Made by a program: the position numbers and the translations under genes
From: Macrostomum lignano
Taxonomy: Eukaryota
Direction of reading: 5' to 3'
NCBI GenBank assembly: GCA_002269645.1
Contig: NIVC01003506.1
Location: 1 to 64,000, forward strand
DNA: 64,000 nt
In this document: positions 40,910 to 52,813 of the stretch, one piece after another
Numbering within the stretch: the first letter of the stretch is position 1
How the letters are laid out: each line of letters starts with the position of its first letter
The notes under the pieces: generated by a model
What the model was told of the DNA's origin: nothing
What the model saw: the letters and a program-made list of their open reading frames with translations, nothing else
The model's database searches: none

Positions 40910-43900
40910 CCAGCCGCTGAGGATTGGAATTAATAAATAGCGGAATAGCATTCTGCACAGGCAGAGCAGCATTTCGCTGCCGAGATTTTGCTTTGAGTCT
41001 AAATAAAATTGATGCTACCAAATGCTTATAAAATGCGGCTTCTTGCCAGCTTGCCAGTCTTCGACACAACCTGACTGGCCAAAAAAGCCAGCCAATTGGC
41101 ATCGGCTCCCTGCTCTCAAACTAAAAGAGGCGGGAGGAGTAATTTTACCTGCTCTTTTTCCATTCTATCGATTTTTTGGAATTCTGTTTTTGGGTGTGGC
41201 CTCTATCATGTCCCTTTATCTGCTTTGGACTGCTTTTATTCTTTTTGGGCAGCCCGCACTGATGATAAACAGCTCAATAATGCAAAGAAATTGAAAGCCT
41301 GCCTTGCCAGGACACTGACTGACTGACTGATTAGTAAATGATGCAGGGTGTGCCGCTTGGAACATATGTGGCCCATTCCAAGTCCAATACAGGTGACTAA
41401 CTGGGTAGAAAGTCAACACCCTTGTTTACAAAGGTAAATTTACAGTAAAATGAGCTTAGCATTAGGCATGAGCAGTATCTATCTTCTAAACTTTTCGAAG
41501 ATAGAGAAGATAAATTTTTATATCAGATCAGATTATGAAAATTGCAGATTTTTCTACCTAATCAAGATGACTGACTATTGCAATAAAGTAAAGCTAGTAG
41601 CCCTGTATACAATAGCCCTAAACAAGGAAATATGAAATATAATGTAACTTTTTAAAAGAAATTGTATCTTTAAGCAATTTTTATAAGACTCACAAATTTT
41701 TCATTAACTTTTAGTAACTTTTTACATGGTATTACATAGTGTAACAAGGAAACTAGATAAAATAGTATTAAAAAATAGTCAATGGCTTCTAAAAATGTTC
41801 TAAACATTAGTTGTTCCATTTGCTTTTTAATTTCTTAGACTGTTTTTACTCCTTGTTTGCTTACTTGCAGCTCATCTTTAGTTAATTAATTATTTTTATT
41901 ATTATTTAGTTTTTATACTAAAATAACTAGTCAAGCATATATACTTAGCAAAACAGTTTTCTAATTTCTGTTCAGTGGCAACAATGAATAAATAAGTTAT
42001 TTTATAAGAATAAAGGCAATTAATTTAAAAAGTTTAGAAGCCTAAGCTAACAGGTGTAATTAACTTACAAATTTGTTTTAACAATAGTATCCATTAGCTA
42101 CTGAAAAATGCAACTATACTAGGTCTATTTACCAATATTGGGTTGTATGCTTAGTATAGCTTGCCCCCTCAACTTTTTTATATGCACCTGGTCTCTAGAT
42201 TTACATATATTGTAATTGTAAAATTATATATTAGCTGGATAAAATCGAGGTTGCATAATAGCTAATATTGTTTTTTAATAACTAGAAGTCTAGCCTAGGC
42301 TAAAAAACATTGAAATAGTATGCTTGTTCTTTATTGGAATAGGTTTCAAAAACGCATGGACATGCAACACCTATGCAAAAAATAGCTTGAATGTGTGACA
42401 CATGGGACAAAAGTATAAAAAAGCATAGCACACATAACACTAATAATAAGATAATATAAGATAATAATACTACTGTTTATGCTGCTCTTTAGTAAAATTA
42501 TGAAGCATAATATAAAAAATGACAGATAACTAATAAAAAAACTATGTTACTCCTTTGGTTTTGCACATGCCCCATGCTTATAGCACCACCACCCATCAAC
42601 CACGATGCGCTGCAACATGCAATGCTACCTTCCATTGCAATGCACTACCTACTATCTTGAATCTGTATGACATAATACTAGAAAATATTTAAAATTTGAA
42701 AGATAACTATTTTTGTTTTTTAACTTATTCCAATAGGGTGCTTATTTAATATACAAACTATTTATCATAGATACTAAATAAACTAGATAGGCTATTTAAG
42801 GTCAGGCATATATATTTGGTAAAAAAGCTTTTTACTTTAGTTTAATAACAAAGAATACAAAGGCTATTTTATAAAAAAGGTAGCTAAAATTGTTAATAAA
42901 TTTACAAGTCTAAGCTTGCAAGCATAAACAATCTTCCTAATTGGTTATCCAATAATATATATTAGCTAGTCTATTAAAATACACATGGCAATTTTGGGCT
43001 AGAATTCAAATATGCTAAGTGTCCTACCTTCTCTTTGCTATTTAATTTTAGGCCTTGATAGTACAAAATTAAAAGTATATCAAAGTATTAAGTTAGAATA
43101 TTAAAGTTTATTAGGCATAGGCTGACAACTTATAATATTGCTAAAGAATTTTTGAAAAATATTTTGTAACAAAAATCTATCTAAAAACTTAGCAAGGAAA
43201 TGCCATTTAAGTCTATTGAACTATGCATTTCAAAGATTATTCTTAATTTTACACCTGTATCTTTGGTTCTAATAGTAAAAATAATATCAAATTCAACATT
43301 GAAATGCATTGCACATTGCTATATTTTAATATAGAATTTAGTGTAGGATTCAATGTGAAATTTTCCATAATAATCTAGTCAAAGCATTAATATATTCTAA
43401 ACAAATTTAACCCTTATATTATTTTTTACATCCTATATACTAATATTTTTAAGCCTATTCAATGTGGGATTTCCTGTACTAAACTCAACTTGAGCTTAGT
43501 TGAACTTAGCTTAGTTAAATAGAACTTTATATAAAATACTTAGCAAGGCATGCACCCCCAAGATTGAGGCAAAAGGTTGATTAGCATGCCTAAGAATAGT
43601 AGAAGTTGAACTACCTGATTGGACATACTTGCTATTCATAACCAAGTTATATCATTAACTAGATTGTCATGCAGCTCAACAGCTTAAATAGGCCCTAGTA
43701 TCTCAGCCATTAAGAGCTTTGCTTTTGCTCTAGTTTTGACTCAACTACATTGAGACCTTGACTAACATTGAGACCACAGTAGACTACCTACTCTGAGACT
43801 GCACAATGGTCCTAACAAGACTACTTTGGAAAATTCTAGTGTGCACTTGATTTGGTCAAAAAAAATGGCCTGCATTGGCATGCATTTAGAATAGGTATGT

Positions 43901-44284
43901 AGCCATAATGGCATAGCATGCTATGTTGTGGATTCATAGAATAGCTTGATGGCATAGAATGTGGTATAGCATAGGCTAATCATAGGACCTAGTGGGGCAG
44001 TGACAAGCTTTAGTTGTGGAAATACTTGGATTTAATTTATCCTGTTTGTTTTACTAGAAAAGAAAAGATAAAAAAGATCCTTTATCATACTACACGGTGC
44101 TTCCCACAAGGCAAAAAAGACTAAAAAATGCCAAAGAAACTATTATCTATATTGCACACTACAACCTAGAGTGCCTCAGTTGTCTAAAACATACTTTTCT
44201 TAAATCTCAAGTGCCCGTCTTGTCATGATATAGCCAATATAACACTTATACTATTTAAAGTGTCTTAAATTCATTGTACCAAAT

Positions 44285-45068
44285 GGCTCATTCCATATAA
44301 GCATGGTCGTAACATGACAGGTTATTTTTACTTATAAAATGAAATCTAATAATAGAGTATACTAAACCAATATTTTAAATAAAAGATTATTTTGTCTAGA
44401 ATATATTTATAGAGTTTCATATAGATATCATCATTAGTATAGATGCTATTAAACCTTAAATGACACTTATGGTCGTAACGACAGGATTTTTGACATATAG
44501 AAACTAAAAGGTAAAAGTCTTATAACATTTTTCATTTTTGATATTTTGCAATACATTTTTAAAATTTGACTAAGAACATCTTTAGAAATCATACTCTTTT
44601 ATTAGAATATATAAACTCAAAAGGCAACAAAGATACAAAAGAAAAGGCAGCCTTATGGTCTTAACATTATGGTCGTAACATTTTTTTCTGTCAATTCAGT
44701 AACTTTGAGGTACTAATACATTAAAAATATAATAGATTATTTGGTCACCAATGCTTTTATCTGATGATGCAAGTACTATACTTTTATCTATAGTTTGTTT
44801 CAACCTTCAAAAGCTTTCTATTTGTTTTTAAAAGGTACAAAATCTTAATGATGTCTTTTGCTTCGAAAAATGTCCAAATTTTTACAAAAATGACTTTTTG
44901 CCAATTGATAACATACTAATCCAACATTTTACCATTCCTTTATTCTTAGATTGTATATATTGCACAATATAAACATTTGGTAAAAAAATAGGCTAATTAG
45001 GCAATGGCAAGCAAAAATATTGACTTTTTTCTATTTTCCAAATATGTCCATTTTATATGGAATGAGCC
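44285..45068. mobile_element. non-autonomous DNA transposon (784 bp) with perfect 16-bp TIRs
   Basis: GGCTCATTCCATATAA at 44285-44300 and its exact reverse complement at 45053-45068; internal ATGGTCGTAAC motif repeated; no clean TSD; superfamily unassigned. Confidence 0.7.
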
Positions 45069-45287
45069 AAATGTAGAAATTCAAGTTTAATTGTTTATAA
45101 GACAAAGTACAGTCAATAACTTTAAAGTAAGGGAATAGTTGAACTCAACTCACTACCTCAAATCATGAAAAATGCCACTGATTTTGCATATTTTGCACAT
45201 ATGCATATCTTATATATAATCATAACTACTCAATAAACTTACAATGATGCTTACTCTAGACTTCTTTAAAGTAGTTATTTTATACAT

Positions 45288-45574
45288 GGCAGTGGCTAGA
45301 GTTCCAGCACCGGAACCCATTTTCTAATGGCTACGGATCCGGCAGTGCCATTATAATATAGATGGAACATTATATTTTTCTTTTTACAGTTGGCTGATAT
45401 TGAGATTTTGTTCTAGATTAAAATTTAAGACGATATGATAAGATTTGGGAGATGCTTCTAATATTCAGACTTCTTAAGATATGTTCTTAGCAGTCTTTAT
45501 ATGCTTCTATACAGCACTGCCGGATCCCTAGCTATTAAAAAATGGGTTCCGGTGCCGAAACTCTAGCCGTTACC
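45288..45574. mobile_element. MITE (287 bp), about 60-bp TIRs, 9-bp TSD (Merlin- or MULE-type)
   Basis: TIRs GG(C/T)A(G/A)(T/C)GGCTAGAGTT..GCACCGGAACCCATTTT..GGATCCGGCAGTGC; identical flanks TTTATACAT at 45279-45287 and 45575-45583. Confidence 0.9.
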
Positions 45575-46467
45575 TTTATACATTGCCATTATTTACATCA
45601 CCAATGTGTACATTGCTGTACTGGCAGCCCATTCTGAAGGTGTTCTGAACCTTCTGACGTCAGAAACCCACCAGATGCTTGGCAGAACCAGAAAAGACCT
45701 GGCACCAGGTCTGAAGAATAAGCTTCTTAAGGTTTGACTCAAAAGTTTGTATTTGTTACACTACACTATATATATTTCCATGGTCTCCCTTTTAGTATGA
45801 GTGCATGGTCTCCCTTAGAGCTCACAAACGGAACTCTAATAGATGACCCTTTATTTAAATGTAGAGATATAACAAAGTCAGTTACAAAATCAACACAAAA
45901 CAATAAAATATGACGAGTTCTGAGTATTAAGTCTTGTTCATAAGTTTATTATCCCACAGACAAAATTAGCTTTCACTTTTAAAACGTGTCACCGAATTGT
46001 CTAAATTTGTCACCAAAATGTCCTAAATTGTCACCGAAAAGGCTGTCACCAAAATGTCTTGTCACTGAAAATCTGAAATGTCCAGGGACCCTTTGGCTCC
46101 CCAACAGGGGGCGTAGATTGCTAGTGTGGAACTAAAGACAAAGTTGCATAATTGCATTGCATTCATTCATATTTTGTTTGCCCACTATACTATACTATAG
46201 TAGGCCCTACAGTACAGTACAGTTTGAGTTTCGAATTTTTAATAGCAAATATTAATTGGATTATAAATATTTACTGTATGTTTAGATTTAGAAAGTTTAA
46301 TTTTTTGTTACGAAGAAATTTGAAGTTAAAGAGACTAAAATATTAAAAAGAAAGTTGCAATTCTGCCTAAGAAAGAACTGACAAAAAAATATTATTGGCC
46401 TAGCCCTGACCCTAGGCCCTAGCCTCGAGAGTCTTGGTTTTTTTTTGCGCAATAGCCGAAAAGCCTA

Positions 46468-46685
46468 ACTAACTACTGAATTCACCCGCTGTTGGGTTCA
46501 CCGGATTTTTAACTTTATTTTTAAGGCTTAAAAATATACATAATCAATAGCGCAAGTAAAACTAGAGATGCGCTTAGATTTTTGGCTATGCGCGTTGCCC
46601 CTGGACATCAGGAGGGCGATTTTTGTTATTTTTTGGGGGGTGAAACCGGCGGCGAACCCAACAGCCGGTGAATTCAGTAGTTAGT
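46468..46685. mobile_element. MITE (218 bp), about 35-bp TIRs, 9-bp TSD
   Basis: TIR ACTAACTACTGAATTCACC(C/G)GCTGTTGGGTTC at both ends; identical flanks AAAAGCCTA at 46459-46467 and 46686-46694. Confidence 0.88.
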
Positions 46686-47881
46686 AAAAGCCTAAGGGGG
46701 GCCCAGACTTTCCGAAAAAACGGAAAACTAAATTAAAAAAAGTTTTTTTAACTTATTTAAGAAATAAAAAGTAAAACTAAAATAGCTAAAATAAATTAAA
46801 GCTATACAGTTTAGTAAAAAATTAGTAGTTTCGACTTATTAGCTTTAAAATTAATAAAATTTTGCAAGCAGTTAATAAAAATCGTAATATGTATTTTCTA
46901 TTTCGGCGTATTTCGTGTGCGTTGAAAAATCCGTTGGCGTAGTACCGGGTAAATACGATCTTTACCCTGTAGGTAGGCTCTCCAGTGAGATTTAAAAATT
47001 TTTTTGAAAGTATGATTGTCAAACATGACAGAGGGCATCAACAGTATTCCAAACTGGCTTCATTTATGAAAATTAATTGAATAATAAAAAAGTTATGAAG
47101 ATTTTAGTGACGAGTTTTGTATTCAATTCAATAGATAGGAGAAAATAGTAAAAATACATTTAAAAAGCAGAACTTTTGTTGCGAAAATTAAAATTTTTGT
47201 GTTCAAATGTATTTAAATCAATGATTTTTGGTAAAAAATGTATTGGCTTTGGTGTATTTGAAAGATAATTTTGTTTTCTATGTAATTAAATTAGAATCAA
47301 TCTAATTCTAGGGCCTAATATAACTTAAAGTAGCAATTTTTGTCAATTTCTGCTAATGTATAGCATAAAAAGATACATTTTTCCTAGGAAAATTTTTAAC
47401 TTTCCAGTTCCATTCTGTAGTTATGTGGTTTCCATGCCATAATTTTTCTTATTTAGGTTAAAAACAGTTGGTACTATATTGCAAGTAAAATATTATTGAA
47501 TAGGCCCAGGCCACCCAGCTCTAATGTTGTCTATAAAAGTTTATTTTAGCATTTTTTTTAAATACAGGTTCTAGTGGGGGAAAAATAGGCCTACAGGACC
47601 ACATTTATAAAGGTACCAATTGTTTTGGTGACAGACATTTCGGTAACAAATAGTCGTTTCGGTGACAAGTTGCTTTTGTGATAGACACACATTATTTTTG
47701 ATTAAAAATAAAAAATTTCATGAGTATTGACATTTTAATAGTAAGAGGTGCTTCATAATATTAGCTTGTAGTTATTTTGTTAAGATTTATGTTTTGTATT
47801 ATATTTAAAAAATTTCATCAAAGGATTCATATATTTAAGAAAAGAAATCAAACTAATTATATTGTTTTCTTCTTGTGCAGA

Positions 47882-47963
47882 TAGGGATTGCAATCCCGGG
47901 ATCCCAAATCCCAGGAATGTAGACAGGTTTTGGCCTGACAGGATCCTGGGATTGGAAACTTTT
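47882..47963. mobile_element. tiny degenerate hAT-like MITE
   Basis: TAGGGATTGCAATCCCGGGATCCC...GGATCCTGGGATTGGAAACTTTA, imperfect inverted ends of hAT style; no TSD found. Confidence 0.4.
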
Positions 47964-48989
47964 ATGATAAAGTTGGTGATATCCAGGAAATATCAAAATG
48001 TTTGTACATGTATTTTAAATACATTGCACAAGTAATATTCACGCGTCGTGATCATGAGTTGTAATGTGACTCTTGATTCTCAAATTGTGACATGATATAA
48101 TACAAATTATACAATATTACACAATATATGCGAGTCTCAAACTTGTGTTGTGTTTGTGTATTTGACTACTTGTGTTACTTGTATTATGTACATAAAAAAG
48201 CATTGAAAAATGACTCATTGACGTCTGCTGGGAGTTCAACGCATTTACTGAAATTAGCCTGCATATACATGTACTTTTATAGGCTTTGAAAGGAAACAAA
48301 AGCATGCCTAACTGCCTTTGGGCATTGAACCTTGAGCCAAAGGCAATTTGTAAAACAAACTAGAGGTTGGATAAGCAGAAAATTTTGGTTAGGAGTGAAA
48401 TTTCGGGAGTTGGCCAATCCGGCTGACCAATTTGGCGGCCAACCAAGGAAGTTGCAAATATGCCCACCCAAAAAATACCAAAGTAGTAGTACTAAGTAGC
48501 TGACGAGGCATTTTGATCTAATAAGACAGTCATAGTTACTCCTGCCGTTTACCCAAAGTTGCGTTAATTTTGTATTAGTTTTTTTACATGTAAGTCGCAT
48601 TTTTGGATAAAAACTACGTCGCATTTTTGTTAAAACTAAGTTGCATGGCCATCGGCCGACCAAATTTTGGAGGTTGCGCATGTATGATTACAAGCCTAAA
48701 CTAAAGACAAAGTTGGTATACAATGTGCTATTGCTAAAGTGCTTATCATTTTTGCCATTAGAATCAATAATGAATATGTCTGCCAAATAGACTATGAAAA
48801 ATAAATTGTATTTTTACCTTTCAATGGAATATCACATGCATTTTGGTAGAAACTTTAAACTGATATCTTTTTTGGTGATATAATCAACAAATGGTTTTTT
48901 GCAAGGTATCATGACAGCATTGGAAAGCTAACCTTGTATTAGAGAAGAATGACAGTGGTGGACATAGACTGGTATCTATTAGCAATACA

Positions 48990-49395
48990 AATGGCATCCT
49001 TCATTATTCTCCGTGCCACCAGAGACTTTTGTAACAAGTTTAGAAGTAGTATCTCTTTGTGTGTAGAGAATCCATTTTCAATTGTTGCATTGCCATAAGA
49101 CATAACCAGTACCATGGTGATGGCCTTCTAAAAGGCAGTAGAATTTTGGTACTGAAATTTAGGCTTAATTAACCCTTGCTCACAAAGAGGCTTGCATTGA
49201 GTTTGTCTAGCCTTTCAATTCTAGAAGAGAACTGAAGCCATAGCCATTTGACTCTTCATTGCACTGATTCTTTAGTCCACAAAGGGCCTAAAAACTTGCT
49301 ATATAGCATCAGCCTCATTAGTAGTGAGGTGGTTGGCTTCAACTAGTTCCAAGAGTAGCAGTTAAAATCTCTTCTCATATTTGCAAGGCATGTTT
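48990..49395 (-). pseudogene. decayed hAT-like transposase C-terminal region
   Basis: Minus strand reads ...LLLELVEANHLTTNEADAI*QVF...ERLDK...*KAITMVLVMSYGNATIENGFSTHKEILLLNLLQKSLVARRIMKDAI, resembling the hAT dimerisation-region motif LSHG-x-A-x-V-E-R-G-F-S ... SLVA-x-R; in-frame stops and frameshifts present. Confidence 0.6.
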
Positions 49396-49400
49396 GGGCG

Positions 49401-49942
49401 CAACCTAGGGATTCACCTAGGGATTCAACCTAGGGATTCACCTAGGGATTCAACCTAGGGATTCAACCTAGGGATTCAACCTAGGGATTCACCTAGGGAT
49501 TCAACCTAGGGATTCACCTAGGGATTCACCTAGGGATTCAACCTAGGGATTCACCTAGGGATTCAGCCTAGGGATTCAACCTAGGGATTCACCTAGGGAT
49601 TCAACCTAGGGATTCAACCTAGGGATTCAACCTAGGGATTCACCTAGGGATTCAACCTAGGGATTCACCTAGGGATTCACTAGGGATTCAACCTAGGGAT
49701 TCAACCTAGGGATTCAACCTAGGGATTCACCTAGGGATTCAACCTAGGGATTCACCTAGGGATTCACCTAGGGATTCAACCTAGGGATTCACCTAGGGAT
49801 TCACCTAGGGATTCAACCTAGGGATTCACCTAGGGATTCAACCTAGGGATTCACCTAGGGATTCAACCTAGGGATTCACCTAGGGATTCACCTAGGGATT
49901 CAACCTAGGGATTCACCTAGGGATTCAACCTAGGGATTCACC
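49401..49942. repeat. 12/13-bp tandem repeat, about 43 copies
   Basis: CCTAGGGATTCA and CCTAGGGATTCAA interspersed. Confidence 0.97.
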
Positions 49943-50101
49943 TTCATAATTTACATTGTAAAAAAGCAGTTTGTTAGTTTATAATAATCGAAATTTGGTC
50001 TGATCTCAGTGATAGGCATTATTAAGTATGATAAGTAATGCAATTAAAAGTAAATCACCCATAAATCTTGTCGCTTGCCTGCATGTCCGTTAGTCAGCGC
50101 C

Positions 50102-52813
50102 ATGGGCGATGGCTGGGAAGCCGCAGCCGAGCTGGAGTTCTCAGCTCAGTTCCCGCTGCATGCCGCTTGCAAATCTGGCAGTGTTGAGCTGCTGCGCTCT
50201 CGGCTGCAGTCTCACTACCAGCACCTGCTGCTGGAGGACCCCGTGCACCAATGGACTCCGTCTCACTGGGCCGCATACTGTGGGCATGTAAGAGTTTCGA
50301 GAGTTTCCAGTTTGGAAAGTTTCGAGTTTGGAAAGTTTTGAGCTTAGGATGTTTAGAGTTTAGGAAGTTTAGAGTTTAGGAAGTTTAGAGTTTAGGAAGT
50401 TTAGAGTTTAGGAAATTTAGAGTTTAGGAAATTTAGAGTTCAGGAAGTTTACAGTTCAGGAAGTTTAGAGTTTGGAAAGTTTTGAGCTTCTCTCAATGAT
50501 GTTTAGAGTTTGGAAAGTTTTGAGCTTAGGATGTTTAGAGTTTGGAAAGTTTTGAGCTTAGGATGTTTAGAGTTTGGGATGTTTAGAGTTTGGGATGTTT
50601 AGAGTTTAGGAAGTTTAGAGTTTAGGAAGTTTAGAGTTTGGAAAGTTTTGAGCTTAGGATGTTTAGAGTTTGGAAAGTTTTGAGCTTAGGATGTTTAGAG
50701 TTTGGAAAGTTTTGAGCTTAGGATGTTTAGAGTTTGGAAAGTTTTGAGCTTAGGATGTTTAGAGTTTGAAAAGTTTTGAGCTTAGGATGTTTAGAGTTTG
50801 GAAAGTTTTGAGCTTAGGATGTTTAGAGTTTGGGAAGTTTTGAGTTCGGGAAGTTTTTGTTTTAAAAAAAAGAAATTCCGAGCTTTTGCACAATTCCATG
50901 TGTCGACTGTAGTTGCAGCTCAAAAGTTTGCATTGCGGCAAGCGGTTGCTATAGTTACCCTTGTATCTCATCCGGCTTTCAGATGGACTGCCTGACCGTG
51001 ATCAACCAGGTTGAGTCTTTGTTCGACCACCCGCTGACCCGGTCGCTGCAGACTCCGCTCCATCTCGCCTGCTTTGCGGGCCAATTCATGACTGCCAAGT
51101 GGCTGCTGCAGCGGGGCGCCGTAATTGGGAAAGAGGTTCGATTTGAGGCCTTGAAGCTGCCGAATCAATTAACTTTGCCAGTAGGGCTCCTGTGTAATCT
51201 CCGTTCCTCAACTGATCAGTAGAATTGCCCTCAATTGAGTCCTACTCAGTCCTACTCAGAGAATCCCCTCAGAGAATCGCCCTCAGAGAATCGTCTTCAG
51301 AGAATGGCCCTCATTGAATCGCCTCAGAGAATCGCCCAATAGAATAGCCTCATTAAATCGCCCTCATCAAATCACCCTCAATAAATCACCCTCAATAAAT
51401 CACCATCAATAAATCACCCTCAATAAATCACCCTCATTAAATCGCCCTCATTGAATCGCCTCAGAGAATCGCCCAATAGAATAGCCTCATCAAATCACCC
51501 TCATTAAATCGCCCTCATCAAATCACCCTCATTAAATCGCCCTCATTAAATCGCCCTCATTAAATCGCCCTCATCAAATCACCCTCATTAAATCGCCCTC
51601 ATTAAATCGCCCTCATTAAATCGCCCTCATCAAATCACCCTCATTAAATCGCCCTCATTAAATCGCCCTCATCAAACCACCCTCATTAAATCGCCCTCAT
51701 TAAATCGCCCTCATCAAATCACCCTCATCAAATCACCCTAATTAAATCACCCTCATCAAATCACCCTCATCAAATCACCCTCATCAAATCACCCTAATTA
51801 AATCGCCCTCATCAAATCACCCTCATTAAATCGCCCTCATTAAATCGCCCTCAAAGAATTGCCTCACTAATTGCCCTGACTAAATACCCTCATTAAATCG
51901 CCCTCACTGAGTCGCCATCTTTAGATCCCTAATACACTGTCTCGCTATTTGAGTCAGACATTGCACATTTTCGAATGGAATTACTTAATCAGTCCCAATT
52001 CTAAATATTCGCACTGGCCGCAGGATTACATGGGCGAAACTCCGCTGCACAAAGCTGCTCGAAATGGCAGCCTCGATTGCGTTCAACTGCTGCTGTCTCA
52101 GGGAGCCAATAGGGGGTGAGTGGCCTGTTCACCAACTGTCTGTTCACAGTGATATTCGCCGGGTGCACTGTCCATTCACAGGGGATATTCACCGGGTGCA
52201 ATGTCTATTCACAGGGGATATTCACCGGGTGCGATGTCCATTCACAGGGGATATTCACCGGGTGCAATGTCCATTCACAGGGGATATTCACCGGGTGCAC
52301 TGTCTATTCACAGGGGATATTCACCGGGTGCAATGTCCATTCACAGGGGATATTCACCGGGTGCAATTTCCATCCACAGGGGATATTCACCGGGTGCACT
52401 GTCCATTCACAGGGGATATTCACCGGGTGCACAGTCCTCGAAGATGACCCAATCAGCTGACCAAGCGTCCACAATGCCCTGCCCGCAGCACTCGAAGCCA
52501 TAGCGGCCTGACTCCCCTGGACGTCGCCCAGATGCAGCGCCACGAGTCATGCGTCGAAGCGCTTCAACGAAACTCCTCCAGCAACGAAGCTGCCAGCAGC
52601 TGCGAGTCGTTGCTGCTCCCGCCAGGTGTCCAGCAGACTCTAAAGCGTTGCCATGACAACGGCAGCTTCGATCCTGTAGTTGCTAAGCGACCGCGCTGCT
52701 CAGACGAATGGCGATTATTGGAGGCCGAGCAGCAGGCGGAGGCTGGGCCGGCACCGCTGCGCACCTACCAGCAGGTAGCGAGCTGCTCCATCAGCGGCTG
52801 GCACTTCATGTAG
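50102..52813 (+). CDS. ANKRD10: ankyrin repeat domain-containing protein 10 homolog; exons 50102-50287, 50983-51135, 52024-52115, 52489-52813
   Basis: FPLHAACKSG...EDPVHQWTPSHWAAYCGH / QTPLHLACFAGQ..AKWLLQRGA / DYMGETPLHKAARNGSLDCV / SGLTPLDVAQ..CVEAL and basic KRC...KRPR motif match the ANKRD10 architecture; introns GT-AG, phases 0,0,2. The last exon might instead splice at CAG|GTAGCG (52774). Confidence 0.88.
50300..50850. repeat. 16-bp (32-bp dimeric) minisatellite, ANKRD10 intron 1
   Basis: GTTTAGAGTTTAGGAA / GTTTTGAGCTTAGGAT units. Confidence 0.92.
51260..51905. repeat. 14-bp minisatellite, ANKRD10 intron 2
   Basis: Unit CCCTCAT(T/C)AAATC(G/A). Confidence 0.92.
52142..52433. repeat. 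33-bp minisatellite, about 9 copies, ANKRD10 intron 3
   Basis: Unit TTCACAGGGGATATTCACCGGGTGCAATGTCCA. Confidence 0.95.

Noticed and set aside
41022-41294. 90-aa plus-strand ORF with a hydrophobic segment, divergent from the CCCH gene
   Set aside because: No recognisable family or splice support; more likely promoter/UTR DNA.
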